In this document: one piece after another, positions 50,494-63,817 of the stretch
Layout of the letters: the number at the start of each line of letters is the position of its first letter
How positions within the stretch are numbered: position 1 is the stretch's first letter
NCBI RefSeq assembly: GCF_006345805.1
Contig: NC_043006.1
Span: 81,964,001-82,028,000, forward strand
Source of the DNA: Octopus sinensis
Taxonomy: Eukaryota
Direction of reading: 5' to 3'
Length of the DNA: 64,000 nucleotides
Position numbers and translations under genes: made by a program
The notes under the pieces: model-generated
Seen by the model: the letters and a program-made list of their open reading frames with translations, nothing else
What the model was told of the DNA's origin: nothing
Database searches by the model: none

Positions 50494-50655
50494 TAGATAG
50501 ATAGACAAACAGACAGACAGACAGATAGATAGATAGACAAACAGACAGACAGACAGACAGATAGATAGATAGATAGATAGATAGGTAGGTAGGTAGATAT
50601 AGATATATATGTATATGCATAAATATATATATATATATATATATATTATATACAG

Positions 50656-50700
<45 letters not shown>

Positions 50701-51301
50701 AATATATATTAATAGAAATATATAGACTACACATTCATACATATATACATACCTTTACTGCATTTATATAGACATACACAGAGCAAGAATGTCTACCACT
50801 AAGAAATAATGTTCTCTCACAGAAAATTTAAACAAACCTAATACTTAACATGAGTGTATGTATATGCAAATAGCATTTACATGTTGTGTGTGTGTGCATG
50901 TGTGTGTGTGTGTGCACGCATGTGTGCTTGTGATGTATGTGTGTGTTTGTGTACTAGTAAGTATATGTGAGTGCGAGCATAGCTGAATGACTAAGGAATT
51001 TGCTTCACAATCACAAGTGGCCCAGTTCAATGCTTCTGTACCATAGCACCTTTGTGCAGCTATCTTCCACCACAGACTCAGGTGCAGATGAAAATGGGTT
51101 GAGAGAAATTATGTGAAAGACTGTCAAATGGATTGTACCAGTAATTCAAATCACTAACCTTTAACACACTGCGTCACAGTAATTCTGTTTTAGAATACAT
51201 TAAATAAGTTTGATTGTGACTTCAAAACAATTAATTTTACATCATGCATATACATAGTCTTAGGAATATATAATTACTATTAAATATAATATTATTTCTT
51301 T

Positions 51302-51525
51302 ATTGACCACAAGGGGCTAAACATAAAGGGGACAAACAAGGACAGACAAAGGGATTAAGTCGATTTCATAGACTCTAGTACATAACTGTTACTTAATTTA
51401 TCGACCCCGAAAGGAAGAAAGGCAAAGTCGACCTCGGCGGAATTTGAAGTCAGAACGTAGCAACAGATGAAATACTGCTGAGCATTTCACCCGGCGTGCT
51501 AACATTTCAGGCAGCTCACTACCTT
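51302..51525 (-). mobile_element. SINE family B
   Basis: Reverse complement of 9026-9256. Confidence 0.85.
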
Positions 51526-51844
51526 ACTATTAAATATAATATATATGTGCATTTCTGTCTGCGTTTACGTCTGTGTTTATATTTACTGTTATAAATGGAT
51601 CTGGTGTTAAAAACATAACTTAATAGTTCAAATAATGAGAGAGTTATAAAATCAGAGCCTAAGTGTAATAAAAATTGAAGTCAATAGTCATTGACTAAAA
51701 CTTTGAAGGTACTGTGTCAGCTTGCTTACAGTCCATACCTGTAATACAAAAGGCCAAACTTTGAATGCACTATGTCACACTGAGTCTATTTCTGATTACA
51801 TTACAAAAGTTTGAGTGTGACTTCAAAATATTTGATTTAACATT

Positions 51845-52685
51845 ATCATCATCATCGTTTAATGTCCGTTTCTCATGTTGGCATAGGTTGGACGGTTTAA
51901 CCGGGGTCTGGGAAGCCAGGAGGCTGCACCAGGCTTTAGTCTGATCTGGCAGTGTTTCTACAGTTGAATGCTCTTCCTAATGCCAACCATTCCATGAGTG
52001 TAGTGGGTGCTTTTTACATGCCACCGGCACAGGTGCCAGGGGAGGCTGGAAACGGCCACAATCGGTTGGTACTTTTAACGTGCCACCAGCACAGAAGCCA
52101 GTCAAGGGGGGCGCTGGCATTGGCCACGTTCAGATGGTGCTTTTTACATGCCACTGGCACAGGTATCACAACTACAATTTCCATTTGATTTTTATTTTGA
52201 TGTTGATGTACTTGACTCAATAGGTCTCCTCAAGAACAGCAGGTCACCCTACGATCCAAGGTAAGCACAGCAGGCCATCCTGCGATCCAAGGTACTTTGG
52301 AAGGGCTGGGGCAGCTATGTGAAGCTGGTGCAGGTAACAGCCATGAACTCATGTTATTTGTTGGGTCTTCACAGTCACAGAATATCTCCAGAGGTCTCGG
52401 TCTTTCATCACTGCCTCTGTGAGGCCCAATGTTTAAAGGTCATGCTTGACTACCTCTTCCCATGTCTTCCTGGGTATCCTCTACCCCGGATTCCTTCAGC
52501 TGTTTGGGAGTGGCACTTCTTCAATTCCATCCGTAGTACATGACCATACCAGCGCAGACGTCTCTCTTGCATGCCACATCCAATGCTTCTTATGTCCAGC
52601 ATTTCTCTCAGGGCACTTACACTCTGCCGTGTAAGTACATGACCATACCAGCGCAAACGTCTCTCTTGCATGCTACATCCGATGT
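51845..52685 (-). mobile_element. RTE 3' fragment (tail, UTR, ORF2 end with internal 100-bp duplication)
   Basis: LRWYGHV is encoded twice (about 52535-52590 and 52635-52685); UTR modules are present. Confidence 0.85.
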
Positions 52686-53345
52686 CATGTATATAAATAT
52701 AGTTATTAAGAATATCTAATTATTATTAAATATGATTATGTATATATATATATCTGTCTATGTTTATGTCTATCATAAACTGATCTGATGTTAAAAGCAT
52801 AACAATGATTCAATAATTAGAGATCTATAAAATCATTACATGTGTCAAATAAGTACTGAGGTCAATATCATCGACTAAACCCTTGAATGTATTGCCCCAG
52901 CTTGGCTACAGTCCAATAACTGAAACCATTTAAAAGAGTATCAATACCATAACACTAATTAAAAGAAATAACGTGAAACACAGCAATGAAGTTCATAGTT
53001 AAAAGTAATCTTTTCCACTCTGCCGCTATATCAATATAGTTTTATTTAAATTTGTTTATCTATAATTTGTCCTCATTATATAATTTCTTTCTTCTGCAAC
53101 TGCTTCGGTAAGAGGCAAAATTGTGTAGTGAAAAAATTAATTCCACAATAACTTGGTAACTATGTGGTTAAGAAGTTTGCTTTGTAATTATGTGGTGCCA
53201 TTGTGCAACCACATGGTGTTTGGTTTAGTCCCACTATGTGTCACCATGGGCAATTGTCATCTATAACAGCGCCAGAACAACCAAACCTAGTGAGTAGATT
53301 TGGGAGATGGAAAATGAAAGAAGCTCATTGAATATATACATATGA

Positions 53346-53386
<41 letters not shown>

Positions 53387-53544
53387 TGTGTCTCCTTGCA
53401 CTGACATTGTGCAATAATTGCAAATAAGTTGAAGAATGTCCTACCCTGAAAAAATATTGCCCTGCTTAGAAATGGATGAGGATTGGAGACAGAAAGGACA
53501 TCCAGCAGCAGAAGATCTGCCTCAACAAATTCTGACCCATATAA

Positions 53545-53800
53545 CTTAAGATAATTTAGATATGTCTTGGCCAAAGTCTTGACCATGTCATGCCTAACTA
53601 AATAGGGCCTATTAAGTCATTTTAAAGACAGGTTTTGTGGTATCATGGGCCATTCAAGTTGGGACATGCTGTTGACTGAGATGTATCCAAGTATCTGATA
53701 ACACTTGAAGAAATTTGTTCAGATTTCATTTGAAGGTGATGGGACCTTATTCTCCTTTGATTTGTCTTGGGTTGATGTTAAATAGCACAAGCCTCAATTT
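53545..53800 (-). mobile_element. Old CR1-group 3' remnant
   Basis: Resembles 17520-17800 in order and motifs. Confidence 0.45.
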
Positions 53801-53914
53801 TGTAGGGAGTGTATGACACATGGCCCCCAGCTATGAGGAATTGTGAATCTGATGTTAAGGTTATATTAATTATTTGAGCAATGCAGGTGGTAAGCAAAGA
53901 AAAATGGACAGTAG

Positions 53915-54285
53915 AATCATCATCATCATTTAATGTCTGTTGTCCATGGGTTGGATGGTTTGACCAGAGCTGGCAAGCTGCATCAGACTCCAGCATAGTT
54001 TCTAGAGCTGGATGCCCTTCCTAACACCAACCACTTTACAGAGTGGGTTGGGTGATTTTACATGGTACTACACAGGTCCTTTTATATGGCACTGTATGGA
54101 CGGTTTACGTGGCATTACCAAGAGTGCTTTACACCACCAACAGGATCGGTCTTAACACTTCTGTTGTGGGGTATGGATCTTCTTGAGTACGGCCAGGCGC
54201 CAGGTATCCTGGTCTTTTGTCATCTTGCCTGAAAGGTTCAGCTTCCAGAGGTCATTTTTCAGTACTTCATCTCATGTTTTCTCAC
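53915..54285 (-). mobile_element. Degenerate RTE 3' end
   Basis: catcatcatttaatgtctgttgtccatgggttggatgg tail and gatgcccttcctaacaccaacc. Confidence 0.65.
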
Positions 54286-55736
54286 ACACACACACATACA
54301 CAACAGGGTATCTTGCAATTAGACTTAGTGCTCCACAAACATACATATATATAAAATTGTTAAAACTATGGCAACACAAGAACACACTTTAATTAATTTC
54401 TTATGCACAATGTGAGGTTAGATACACAACTATCCAGAGTGAGCAAAATGTCCCAAAAAACACATTATTATATGTAGCTAGATTTTAAAAAAAACTATCT
54501 TTCAAGGGGAAACTACTCCAAAATATTCAACATGAAATTAACTTTCTCGGAGCCTACATCTCTGTAACAAGACACATATGTATTCCACAGGGGACATTAT
54601 AATTAGTCTTAGTAGAATATTTTTCACCAAAAGCTCCCAACAAGTGTTCACATAAACTATGTATTATTTGAGACACAATGAGTGAATGGTGGAGGTGGGG
54701 GGAGCATCAACTTCTAATACACGTTTTAAAGAAGAAAAATGTGTGATTTTATAAAATTCTGTATAACTCCTCCCTGATATTCATCTACTTCTTCCCTCCT
54801 CTTTGTATCCTCTCAAGCCACAATCCCCACCCACCGACTAATACAATCACTACCTTATTCACACCCCACCCACTACAATTAACATTTCTCTCTTTCTCTG
54901 TTTTTCTTATATAACAACCACTTTCAGTTTACATGAATCTATAATAAATACCACCTTCTCCTATGCTGCCACCACCACCACCACCAACAACAACAACAAG
55001 TTTTCTAGAAACTATCTTAATTAATTAAATAATTAATTATTCAATTAATTTCAATATTGTAATGACAAGATTTGGTTGTAAGGTAAAAAAAATAAATAAA
55101 TAACAGCAAACAGCCAAACAAACAAACCCCTTCCCTGTTTTTTTTTTAGTTGTTGCTGTTGTTTACCTTACATTTATTTTCTATTTATATAATTCCATGC
55201 TAGCTTTGGAATAGGATTTTTATAAAATTTCAACATCTGAAACAAATCAATTTCACTGATGACTAATGTTCCCTAACGAACCACTAATTCTGACTTTGAT
55301 AAAATTTTAGGCAGAATTTATTGAAATCAGCCCTGTCCTTAACAAGACGCTGGAATTCACTTTTCATTATGATTGATCCAATTATGTGTACTTTGATCCA
55401 ATTGATTGATTGATCCAATTATGTGTACTTATGTGTACCTCATCCAATTATGTGTACTTTAATAACTGAGTTTTAGACAGAAAGAACTGAATCTGTGATC
55501 CAGCTTAATGCTGATACATGGTATTTGGGTGCCTTTAGCAATCACCAGTTTGTTGCAAGCAATCATGCCAGGTCTTCAGTCCTAAGTACAACTTCCTCTC
55601 TGCTAATCTCAGACATCTGCTCCTTCCAACTAAGCCTTTAAAGAAAAAAAAAACCCTGATTGGTTTTTATCTTGAGTTTTAGATTTTTAACATGTGCATA
55701 TGGGTGTATCAGTGATTGTGGATGTGTACACATATA

Positions 55737-56130
55737 GGCGAAGGAGTGGCTGTGTGGTAAGAAGCTTGCTTTCCAACCACATGGTTCTGGGTTCAGTCCC
55801 ACTGTGAGACACCTTGGTCAAGTGTCTTCTACTATAGCCTCGGGCCGACCAAAGCCTTGTGAGTGGATTTGGTAGGCAGAAACTGAAAGAAGCTCATCAC
55901 ACATATATGTAAGTATATGTTTGTGTGTCTGTGTTTGCACCCCCACCACCACCACCACTTGACAACTGATGTTGGTGTGTTGTGTTTACGTCCCTGTAAC
56001 TTAGTGGTTCAGCAAAAGAGACCGATAGAATGAGTACTAGGATTACAAAAGAATAAGTCCTGGCGTCGATTTGTTTGACTAAAGGTGGTGTTCCAGCATG
56101 GCCACAGTCAAATGACTGAATCAAATAAAA
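55737..56130 (+). mobile_element. SINE family A (further partial copies near 2040, 3706, 10050, 12985, 27290, 43650, 46655, 47255, 53155, 56170, 61200)
   Basis: Starts ggcgaaggagtggctgtgtggtaag. Confidence 0.85.
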
Positions 56131-56654
56131 AAAAAATAAATAAATATACCTGTGTGTGTGTGTGTTACCTCGGGTGCATGTGTGTGTCTAAGTGTACACC
56201 TTAGTGTTTGTCTCCCTCGCCTCTTGACAAAAAGTATCAGTTTGCTTATGTCCTCATAATTTAGCAGGTCAGCAACAATAAAATAATTAACAGACATAAC
56301 ATAAATGCCAGGGTTGATTTATTTGACTAATCTCATTTATTGTAGTGCTCCAGCATGGTTGCAGTCCAATGACTGAAACAAGTAAAAGAACACTCACAAA
56401 AAACGCCAAACAGTTCGTAGCACAGATCTACAACTACATCATAGTAACTCATATGGAACTTATTACATCTCAATGATCTCAGCTAGCAAGACAGTGTTAA
56501 GTGTCTTGGCCACAGACACTGCACATCACCCATGGGACAATGCAAATCTTTCATTCTTCAACCAATGGCTCAATAACCATAAAACAAAAAAAAAAAAATC
56601 AGACAGCAGTGAATTAGATACAATTTAAATCAACAACAAAAGGAAATTGGTTGT

Positions 56655-57048
56655 TCTTAGAATTTCAGGCACATAAAAACCACCATTCGAGCGTGATCGT
56701 CACCAGCATCGCCTTACTGGCACTTGTGCCAGTGGCATGTGAAAAAACATTCAAGCGAGGATGTTGCTAGTGCCGCTGGACTGGCTCCTGTGCAGATGGC
56801 ACATAAAAAACACCATTTGAGTGTGACCGTTGCCAGTACTGCCTGACTGGCCCTCGTGGCGGTGGCATGTAAAAGCACCCACTACACTCTTGGAATGGTT
56901 GGTGTCAGGAAGGGCATCCAGCTGTAGAAACTCTGCCAGATCAGATTGGAGGCTGGTGCAGCCATCTGGTTTGCCAGTCCTCAGTCAAATCGTTCAACCC
57001 ATGCGAGCATGGAAAGCAGACATTAACGATGATGATGATGATGATGAT
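56655..57048 (+). mobile_element. RTE 3' UTR with about four modules and (GAT)n tail
   Basis: Same modules and tail as 25340-25728. Confidence 0.8.
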
Positions 57049-57593
57049 GAACTAAGTTTGGTTTAACCCTCTAGTATTCAAATAGGCCATATCTGGCTCA
57101 AATACTCTATGAGTTTTATGTTCAAATTGACCAGACTGGGCCTCTCACACCTATCCTATGAAGTCATTCTGAAAATATAAAACCACATCATCAAAATCTC
57201 AAAGCTGAGAGATAAGGACGATAAACTGAAAACAATGTTAATACATAAGCATTACATTTGATAGAATAATATGAAAAGTAAAGGGTTAAAGAAGATATTA
57301 AACAGCAAAATAATTTTGCACCCCAATGCTAAGTATTAACCAAACAAAATACTTATAAGACAATGAGTTCAATTTTATATATATATTGAATAAGATTCTC
57401 AGATAAGGAATGATAAAAAACAACAGAAGTACTTAAGTAGGTCACAAGAATAAAGTTCAACCAAGTGTTTATCTCGTCATTGATATACCCATACACACTT
57501 CCATACTTTACTATTATTATTAATGAGTGAGAGAGAACAGCACATGCCATCAAAGTGAAGCTGGGGTACACATATACGAAGCCCAATATACCT

Positions 57594-57728
57594 GCATTCT
57601 TAACCACTACGCCATATGCTTGTGGGCATATGACATAGTGGTGAAGAGCACGGGCTACTAACCCCAAGATTCTGAGTTCGATTCCAAGTAGTGACCTGAA
57701 CAACAACAACAACGATGATGATGATGAT

Positions 57729-57775
<47 letters not shown>

Positions 57776-57972
57776 TAACAACAACAATATCGAAAAATAC
57801 CTTAGGAATGAGAAACCAGGTTCGAAATTTCCGCAAGACACCTGAAGAAGGCTGGAGGGTATATCAGCCGAAACGTGTTAACAACAAACAAGATGAGGAC
57901 AAATATCCATCGATATTATAATGTAAATAATGTAAATAATGTACATAATTCCTCATCTCTTAAATATAGAAC
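57594..57972 (+). mobile_element. Composite element: inverted head copy, tRNA-like head, (AAC/AAT)n and hammerhead-like tail
   Basis: A box TGACATAGTGG (57631-41); B box GAGTTCGATTCC (57674-85); inverted head 57594-57619 vs 57626-57651 (20/26); gacac-CTGAAGA-A-GGCTG..CAGCC-GAAA-C-gtgtt at 57837-57879. Confidence 0.6.
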
Positions 57973-58384
57973 AGCATTTCTCTTAGCTCTACAGTTTGAA
58001 TTCAAATGCTGTCTAGGTCAGCTCTTTTTTTCATTCTTTCAGGAATCATAAAATGAGTACTAGTCAAGTATTGATGACAATGTAATCAATACTAATTGCT
58101 ACCTTCCTAAAATTTGAGACCTTGTGCCTTTATTAGAAAAGCCAAATGAACAGAGAAAAACTAGGAAGGGTGATATTGAGAGAAGTGCTAAGTAATCCAA
58201 GTGGGAAGGGACAAGCAAAGGAAGAAGTCTGAGGGAGACATAGGATGAAGTGGTCAGGGTTTATCTCAAGAGACTGAATGTTATGAAAGAGGTGACAAGA
58301 AGCCACAAAGAACTAAAGACTGTACAAGAGAATGTCTGTCCAATCCATGCTAGTATGTAAAAATAAGTAGAAAAGAGTAATTAT

Positions 58385-58944
58385 GATATTGTTATATTTC
58401 GGAATGGTCATTTTGCCAGTTTAGCCAATAAAAACACACGCACTATATATTAGGCGTTATTTTGCTTCAGTGTGGAGGCGCAATGGCCCAGTGGTTAGGG
58501 CAGTGGACTCACGGTTATAGGATCGCGGTTTCGATTCCCAGACCGGGCGTTGTGAGTGTTTATTGAGCGAAAACACCTAAAAAGCTCCACGTGGCTCCGG
58601 CAGGGGATGGTGGTGATCCCTGCTGTACTCTTTCACCACAACTTTCTCTCACTCTTACTTCCTGTTTCTGTTGTACCTGTATTTCAAGGGGCCGGCCTTG
58701 TCACTCTGAATATCCCCGAGAACTACGTTAAGGGTGCATGTGTCTGTGGAGTGCTCAGCCACTTACACGTTAATTTCACGAGCAGGCTGTTCTGTTGATT
58801 CGGATCAACCGGGACCCTCATTGTCGTAACCGACGGAGTGCTTCCATATCCATATTTTGCTTCAGTGTTATTTATTTTTTACATTAATCTTATTTATTTA
58901 TTGGCTAAACTGGCAAAATGACCATTCCGAAATATAACAATATC
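58385..58944. mobile_element. MITE (~165 bp without the nested SINE) with perfect 48-bp TIRs
   Basis: 58385-58432 is the exact reverse complement of 58897-58944. No TSD was identified. Confidence 0.8.
58474..58852 (+). mobile_element. Young tRNA-headed SINE with 16-bp TSD
   Basis: Head ggaggcgcaatggcccagtggttaggg...ggtttcgattccc. TSD tattttgcttcagtgt at 58458-58473 and 58853-58868. Confidence 0.9.
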
Positions 58945-59441
58945 TGTTTCAACACACGACTTTACATAAAAAATCTTGCACAACAAATATTTAAACGTAG
59001 TAATTATGATATATAAGTGTGTATCCACATATCTTTCCTTCTCTCTCCACTGCACATACAAACACACTTTCCACTATATGATTGAAACTGGCCAAGGAGA
59101 ATAAGCTTTACTCACCATCCAAGCATTTAGGACACCATCACTCAGAATTAAGCATCTGAACAATCAGACATGATTATTTGATTTATTTAATTAATTATTA
59201 TTTTTTTTTTTGGCTTCTGTGAAACTTCAGCTATAAATATACAATAAATACAAACTCCCTAATTACTATTCGTTTCTTGATTAATGATAATTATGATGGT
59301 AATGATGAGGATGATAATGATGATGATGATTTTAAAAGGAGGCATAAGCAAAGCTAGCATTCATTTTTGGATATCCTTCCACTATAGCAACATAAATTAT
59401 CTTCTTATAGAATGTTTGCTTGTGTGGAAGTTATGAATCCA

Positions 59442-59520
<79 letters not shown>

Positions 59521-59849
59521 AATATACAAATATAAACACACCCACACAAAATTATACAACTTTGCAACCTTATCTACAGAGTAACATACACCAATTCTCA
59601 GACAATAACAACAACAACAACAAAATTAAATAGATAAATAAATATGTTTATAATAAATTCTCCTGCGAAAATAAATATTATTCAAAACTGAGCAATCACA
59701 GAGTAACGATGGCGCCGACGACGACGGTGAGGATGACAACAGTAACTGATGGTGTTCATAATGATGATGATGGTGATAACGATGAAGCTGATAATGGACA
59801 GTGATGACGTTCATAATGAAAATGATGAAGGTGGTGATGGTGGTGGTGC

Positions 59850-59910
<61 letters not shown>

Positions 59911-60174
59911 GTTGTTTATGAAATGTGAGTATACACAAGCTTAAACTTTCCCTATTCCATCTGCTCTTGGTAATAAATACACAGCCTGCAGTACGTGTAT
60001 ATTTATTCATAGAGATTTGTCAAAGATGGACACATGAGAACGCTGTCGGATTAAATATTTAGTTAGGCTGCAGCATTTTAAGTGGTAATACGAATGGATT
60101 TAGTAACATATAATGCTGATTCCAAATCCTACAATGATATACTACATACATACATATATGATATACCACGTATA

Positions 60175-60355
60175 AGGCGGAGGGCTGGCAGAAACGTTAG
60201 CACGCCGGGTGAAATGCTCAGCAGTATTTCGTCTGTCGCTACGTTCTGAGTTCAAATTCCGCCGAGGTCGACTTTGCCTTTCATACTTTCGGGGTCGATA
60301 AACTAAGTACCAGTTATGCACTGGGGTCAATGTAATCGACTTAATACCTTTGTCT
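60175..60355 (+). mobile_element. SINE family B (degenerate clusters also at 29280-29480, 30078-30860, 33560-34165, 57975-58140)
   Basis: ggcggagggctggcagaaacgttagcacgccggg...gttctgagttcaaattccgccgaggtcgac. Confidence 0.85.
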
Positions 60356-61491
60356 GTCTATCTGTCCATGCAGACATAAGTATGCATAAGCATGTATGTA
60401 CGGACAGATATTCAAGCTGATAGACAGACAGATACTACTGGTGGTGGTTGGAGCAATGATGATGATGACGATTATGATGTTTAAAATGCAAGTTATCAAA
60501 AAGGCTGCAATCTATTTCAGTTTGAAGAGGGTAAACCTTGCTAGGCAAAAACAACAAACACTGAAATGCAAGAGGATTAGGGATAATCTCAACCCGTGAA
60601 TGGCAAAAAATGATATATGAGAAGTCATCCAAAGGTTCTTTAGATAAAATTATGAAATATTTTCATTTAGACCTGAATGCTTTAGAACAAGCAATTTTAT
60701 ATAAAAAAAAGCCACAATTTGTCTTAGTGGGTTAATAATATCAAAAGGGCTAAAACTTTCTGTGCATATGTATATGAGAGATAGAAAGAAAGAGAAACAA
60801 TACCCTAAATATAGGGCAACCTGTTACCTCTTAAATCATCAGATGTTTGAATCTATTTTCATATATTTTATGAAAGCATACTAAAAAGAGTTTTGTGGTT
60901 TTATATATATATATAAAATAAAGTCTGTGTGTGTGGTGCATGTTTTTTATGGATTCAAAAACTGAGTTGCCAATTTTGACATTGGGTATCAAAGGATTCA
61001 GTAATCTTTCAGCTACCAAATATAGTATGTTTTTTGCACAACAATTTTTTTTTTACTACAAAAATAACCTTGGAAATGAGGTTGGGTCGAACAATTTTGA
61101 GGTTTTTAGCAAAGGGAGGCAATTCTGTCAGACACAATACTCGATTTAACAACAAATGTAAACACACATACACACACACACACACACAAATATTAGGTGC
61201 AAGAATGACTGTGTGGTTGACGAGTTTGCTCTTCAACTACATTGCTCCACATTCAGTCTCTCTGCAAGTATTTTCTTGTATAGCTCTAGGCCAACTACAG
61301 ACTTGTGACTGAATTTGGTAGATGGAAACTGCAGTGTTGTTCATCAGAAAATGACTGAAAAGCATGTTTATAAAGAAGAGTTGTTTGCATTATACTCCTC
61401 ATGTACCAATACTGGCCATAAGAAAGGAACAAATAATACGATATGGCTGTAGGTCATTAGACTCAAGCAATGCTGGGGTGCATTACTAGTA

Positions 61492-62400
61492 TCATCATCA
61501 TCATCGTTTAATGTCCGCTTTCCCTGCTGGCATGGGTTGGACGGTTTGACTGAGGACTAGTGAGCCAGAGGCTGCACCAGGCTCAATCTGGTCTGGCAAA
61601 GTTTCTACAGTTGGATGCCCTTCCTAATGCCAACCACTCCAAGAATGTAGAGGGTGTTTTTTACGTACCACCGGCACGAGGGCCAGTCAGGTGGTTCTGG
61701 CAATGACCACACTCACACTCAAAAGGTGTTTTTACATGCTACCTGCACGGGAGCCAGTCCGGCGGCACTGGAAATGACCACACTCAAATGTTGTTTTCCA
61801 CATGCCACCAGCACATGTACTAAGGCGACGCTGGCATCAGTCATGCTTGAATGGTACTTTTCATGTATTGCTGGCATGGGAGCCATTCCATGGCCCTGGC
61901 AATGATCACACTCAGATGTGCTTTTAATCTTCCACTGGCACAAGTGCCAATCAGGCAATACTGTCATCGGCCACATCAGTGATTTTGGTTTGTTTACACT
62001 TGCCTCAACAGGTCTTCACAAGCAAAGTTCATAGTCCAATGAATGAGGGGTACTCATAAGTGACCCGGTTACACCCCACATTCAGATGTGCATTCAACAT
62101 TCCACTGGCACAAGTGCCAATCAGGTAGTACTGTCATCAGCCATGTCTGCAATTTTGATTTTGATTTCACTTGCCTCAATAGGTCTTCAAAAGCAAGGTT
62201 TATAGTCCAATGAATGAGGAGTATTCATAAATGGGCTGGTTACACCCACTGGTGTAGGCCATGGGCTATGGTCTCACTTGGCTTGTCGGGTCTTCTCAAG
62301 CACAGCATATCTCCAAAGATCCCGGTCTCTAGTCATTGCCTTGGTCCAATGTTCAAAGATCGTACTTCAAAACCTCATCCCAGGTTTTCCTGGGTTTACA
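61492..62400 (-). mobile_element. RTE 3' end with several modules and an internal ~170-bp duplication
   Basis: Tail at 61492. cactggcacaagtgccaatcagg...gtccaatgaatgagg occurs twice (about 61933 and 62103). Confidence 0.8.
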
Positions 62401-62406
62401 TCTTCC

Positions 62407-62437
<31 letters not shown>

Positions 62438-62574
62438 TATAAACAAGGGCAAAAGAAAAGTTATTTCTATGCCAATTTTTTTTTGCCCTTGTTCATAAGC
62501 TGTTTATAATTTTAACCTTTAAAGGTATTTTAATATACTGCCACTTTTGATAAAAATTTTATCCTATATTAGTA

Positions 62575-62625
<51 letters not shown>

Positions 62626-62882
62626 CTGGGTAGTTACCTTTTTGTGTGCTTTTTAAAGCTTCTCTCTAAACATTGGCTACCTACATACACACACACAAAT
62701 CAGTGTATGTGTGTAGATATATATATATATATATATTTGCCTGGGTGTGTGTTTATGTAGGCTTGTGTATATAATTATATACATGTGCATGCACATGCAT
62801 ATACCCAACACACAAAACAGCTCTGACATTTTTGTTGTTGATTTTATGTCTTTTTTTAGACAGACAGACAGATAGAGATATT

Positions 62883-63500
62883 CAGGGTGTGGTGAATAAG
62901 CTGTCACCTAAATAATGCCAAAATGAAAATGACACAGACATCTCATTTTAACAGGTGTATATTCACTAAAATTACATAAAATACTAAAAGAAATATTAAA
63001 GAGTACATTTTTTCAATGAAATCAGCATTGGCTTTAACCCAGATCTCCAGATGACTTCCGAATCTCCTGCAATTCTTCTGAACAGTCTCCTTAAGTAAGT
63101 TGGTGAATGCTGCCATAATCCTTGGCTTCAGTTCATCTTTGGTGTTTCAAGGAGTTTTGCTGGTCTCTTGCTCAACTGCACCTCATACATAATATTCACG
63201 GTGGTTGCAGTCTGGGGAGTTAGGTGGCCAGATGTTAGAGGTGATGTGGTTGCAGAAATTGACTGACAACTATGACAGGGTTCTCCTGCTTGTGTGGCAT
63301 GGTGGAGTGTCCTGTTGCCAGTCATAGAGTCTTCCAGCAGCCACCCTTTTGAATCAGGGTAGCACTACTTCCTCCAGGCACTTGATGTAGGACTCTGTGT
63401 TGAGGCTGAGGCAGTCTGGGAAGAGGAATGGAGACATAACATCGCCATCACTAGTGATCACTCCAAACACCATGATGTTGACTGGATGTTTGATTTTTAT
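62883..63500 (-). mobile_element. Tc1/mariner maT (DD37D-type) transposase remnant with 3' TIR
   Basis: KIKHPVNIMVFGVITSDGDVM...WQQDTPPCHT...WPPNSPDCNHREYYV*G. There are 37 residues between the second Asp and the last acidic residue, plus stops. A CAGGGTG TIR-like end lies at 62883. Confidence 0.85.
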
Positions 63501-63771
63501 CATTCCCAGTAAATGTCTTCAGATTGCACTGTTCTCAGATTGACAGCCAAACACTATGAAATGTTCATACAGGAGCTTCCAGTGTGAATGCCAAGTAGCA
63601 CAACATGTCATTTCCAAATTTCTGGCAGAGAAAAGTGTGTCATGGTGCTGTTTATCTGACAGGTAGTGCCCAACTGAACCTACTATACTGTGATGTTGAC
63701 AAAATCAAAAGCAAACAATATGTATGCACAAAATTAAAAAAATAAAATGGTGACAATTTACCCATCACACA

Positions 63772-63817
<46 letters not shown>

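Noticed and set aside
58474-58550. tRNA-like sequences (also 10745, 36917, 57624) considered as tRNA genes
   Set aside because: They lack a complete cloverleaf and continue into SINE bodies.
63520-63650. Possible second mariner fragment on the plus strand (ISKFLAEKSVS)
   Set aside because: The similarity is too short to support a call.
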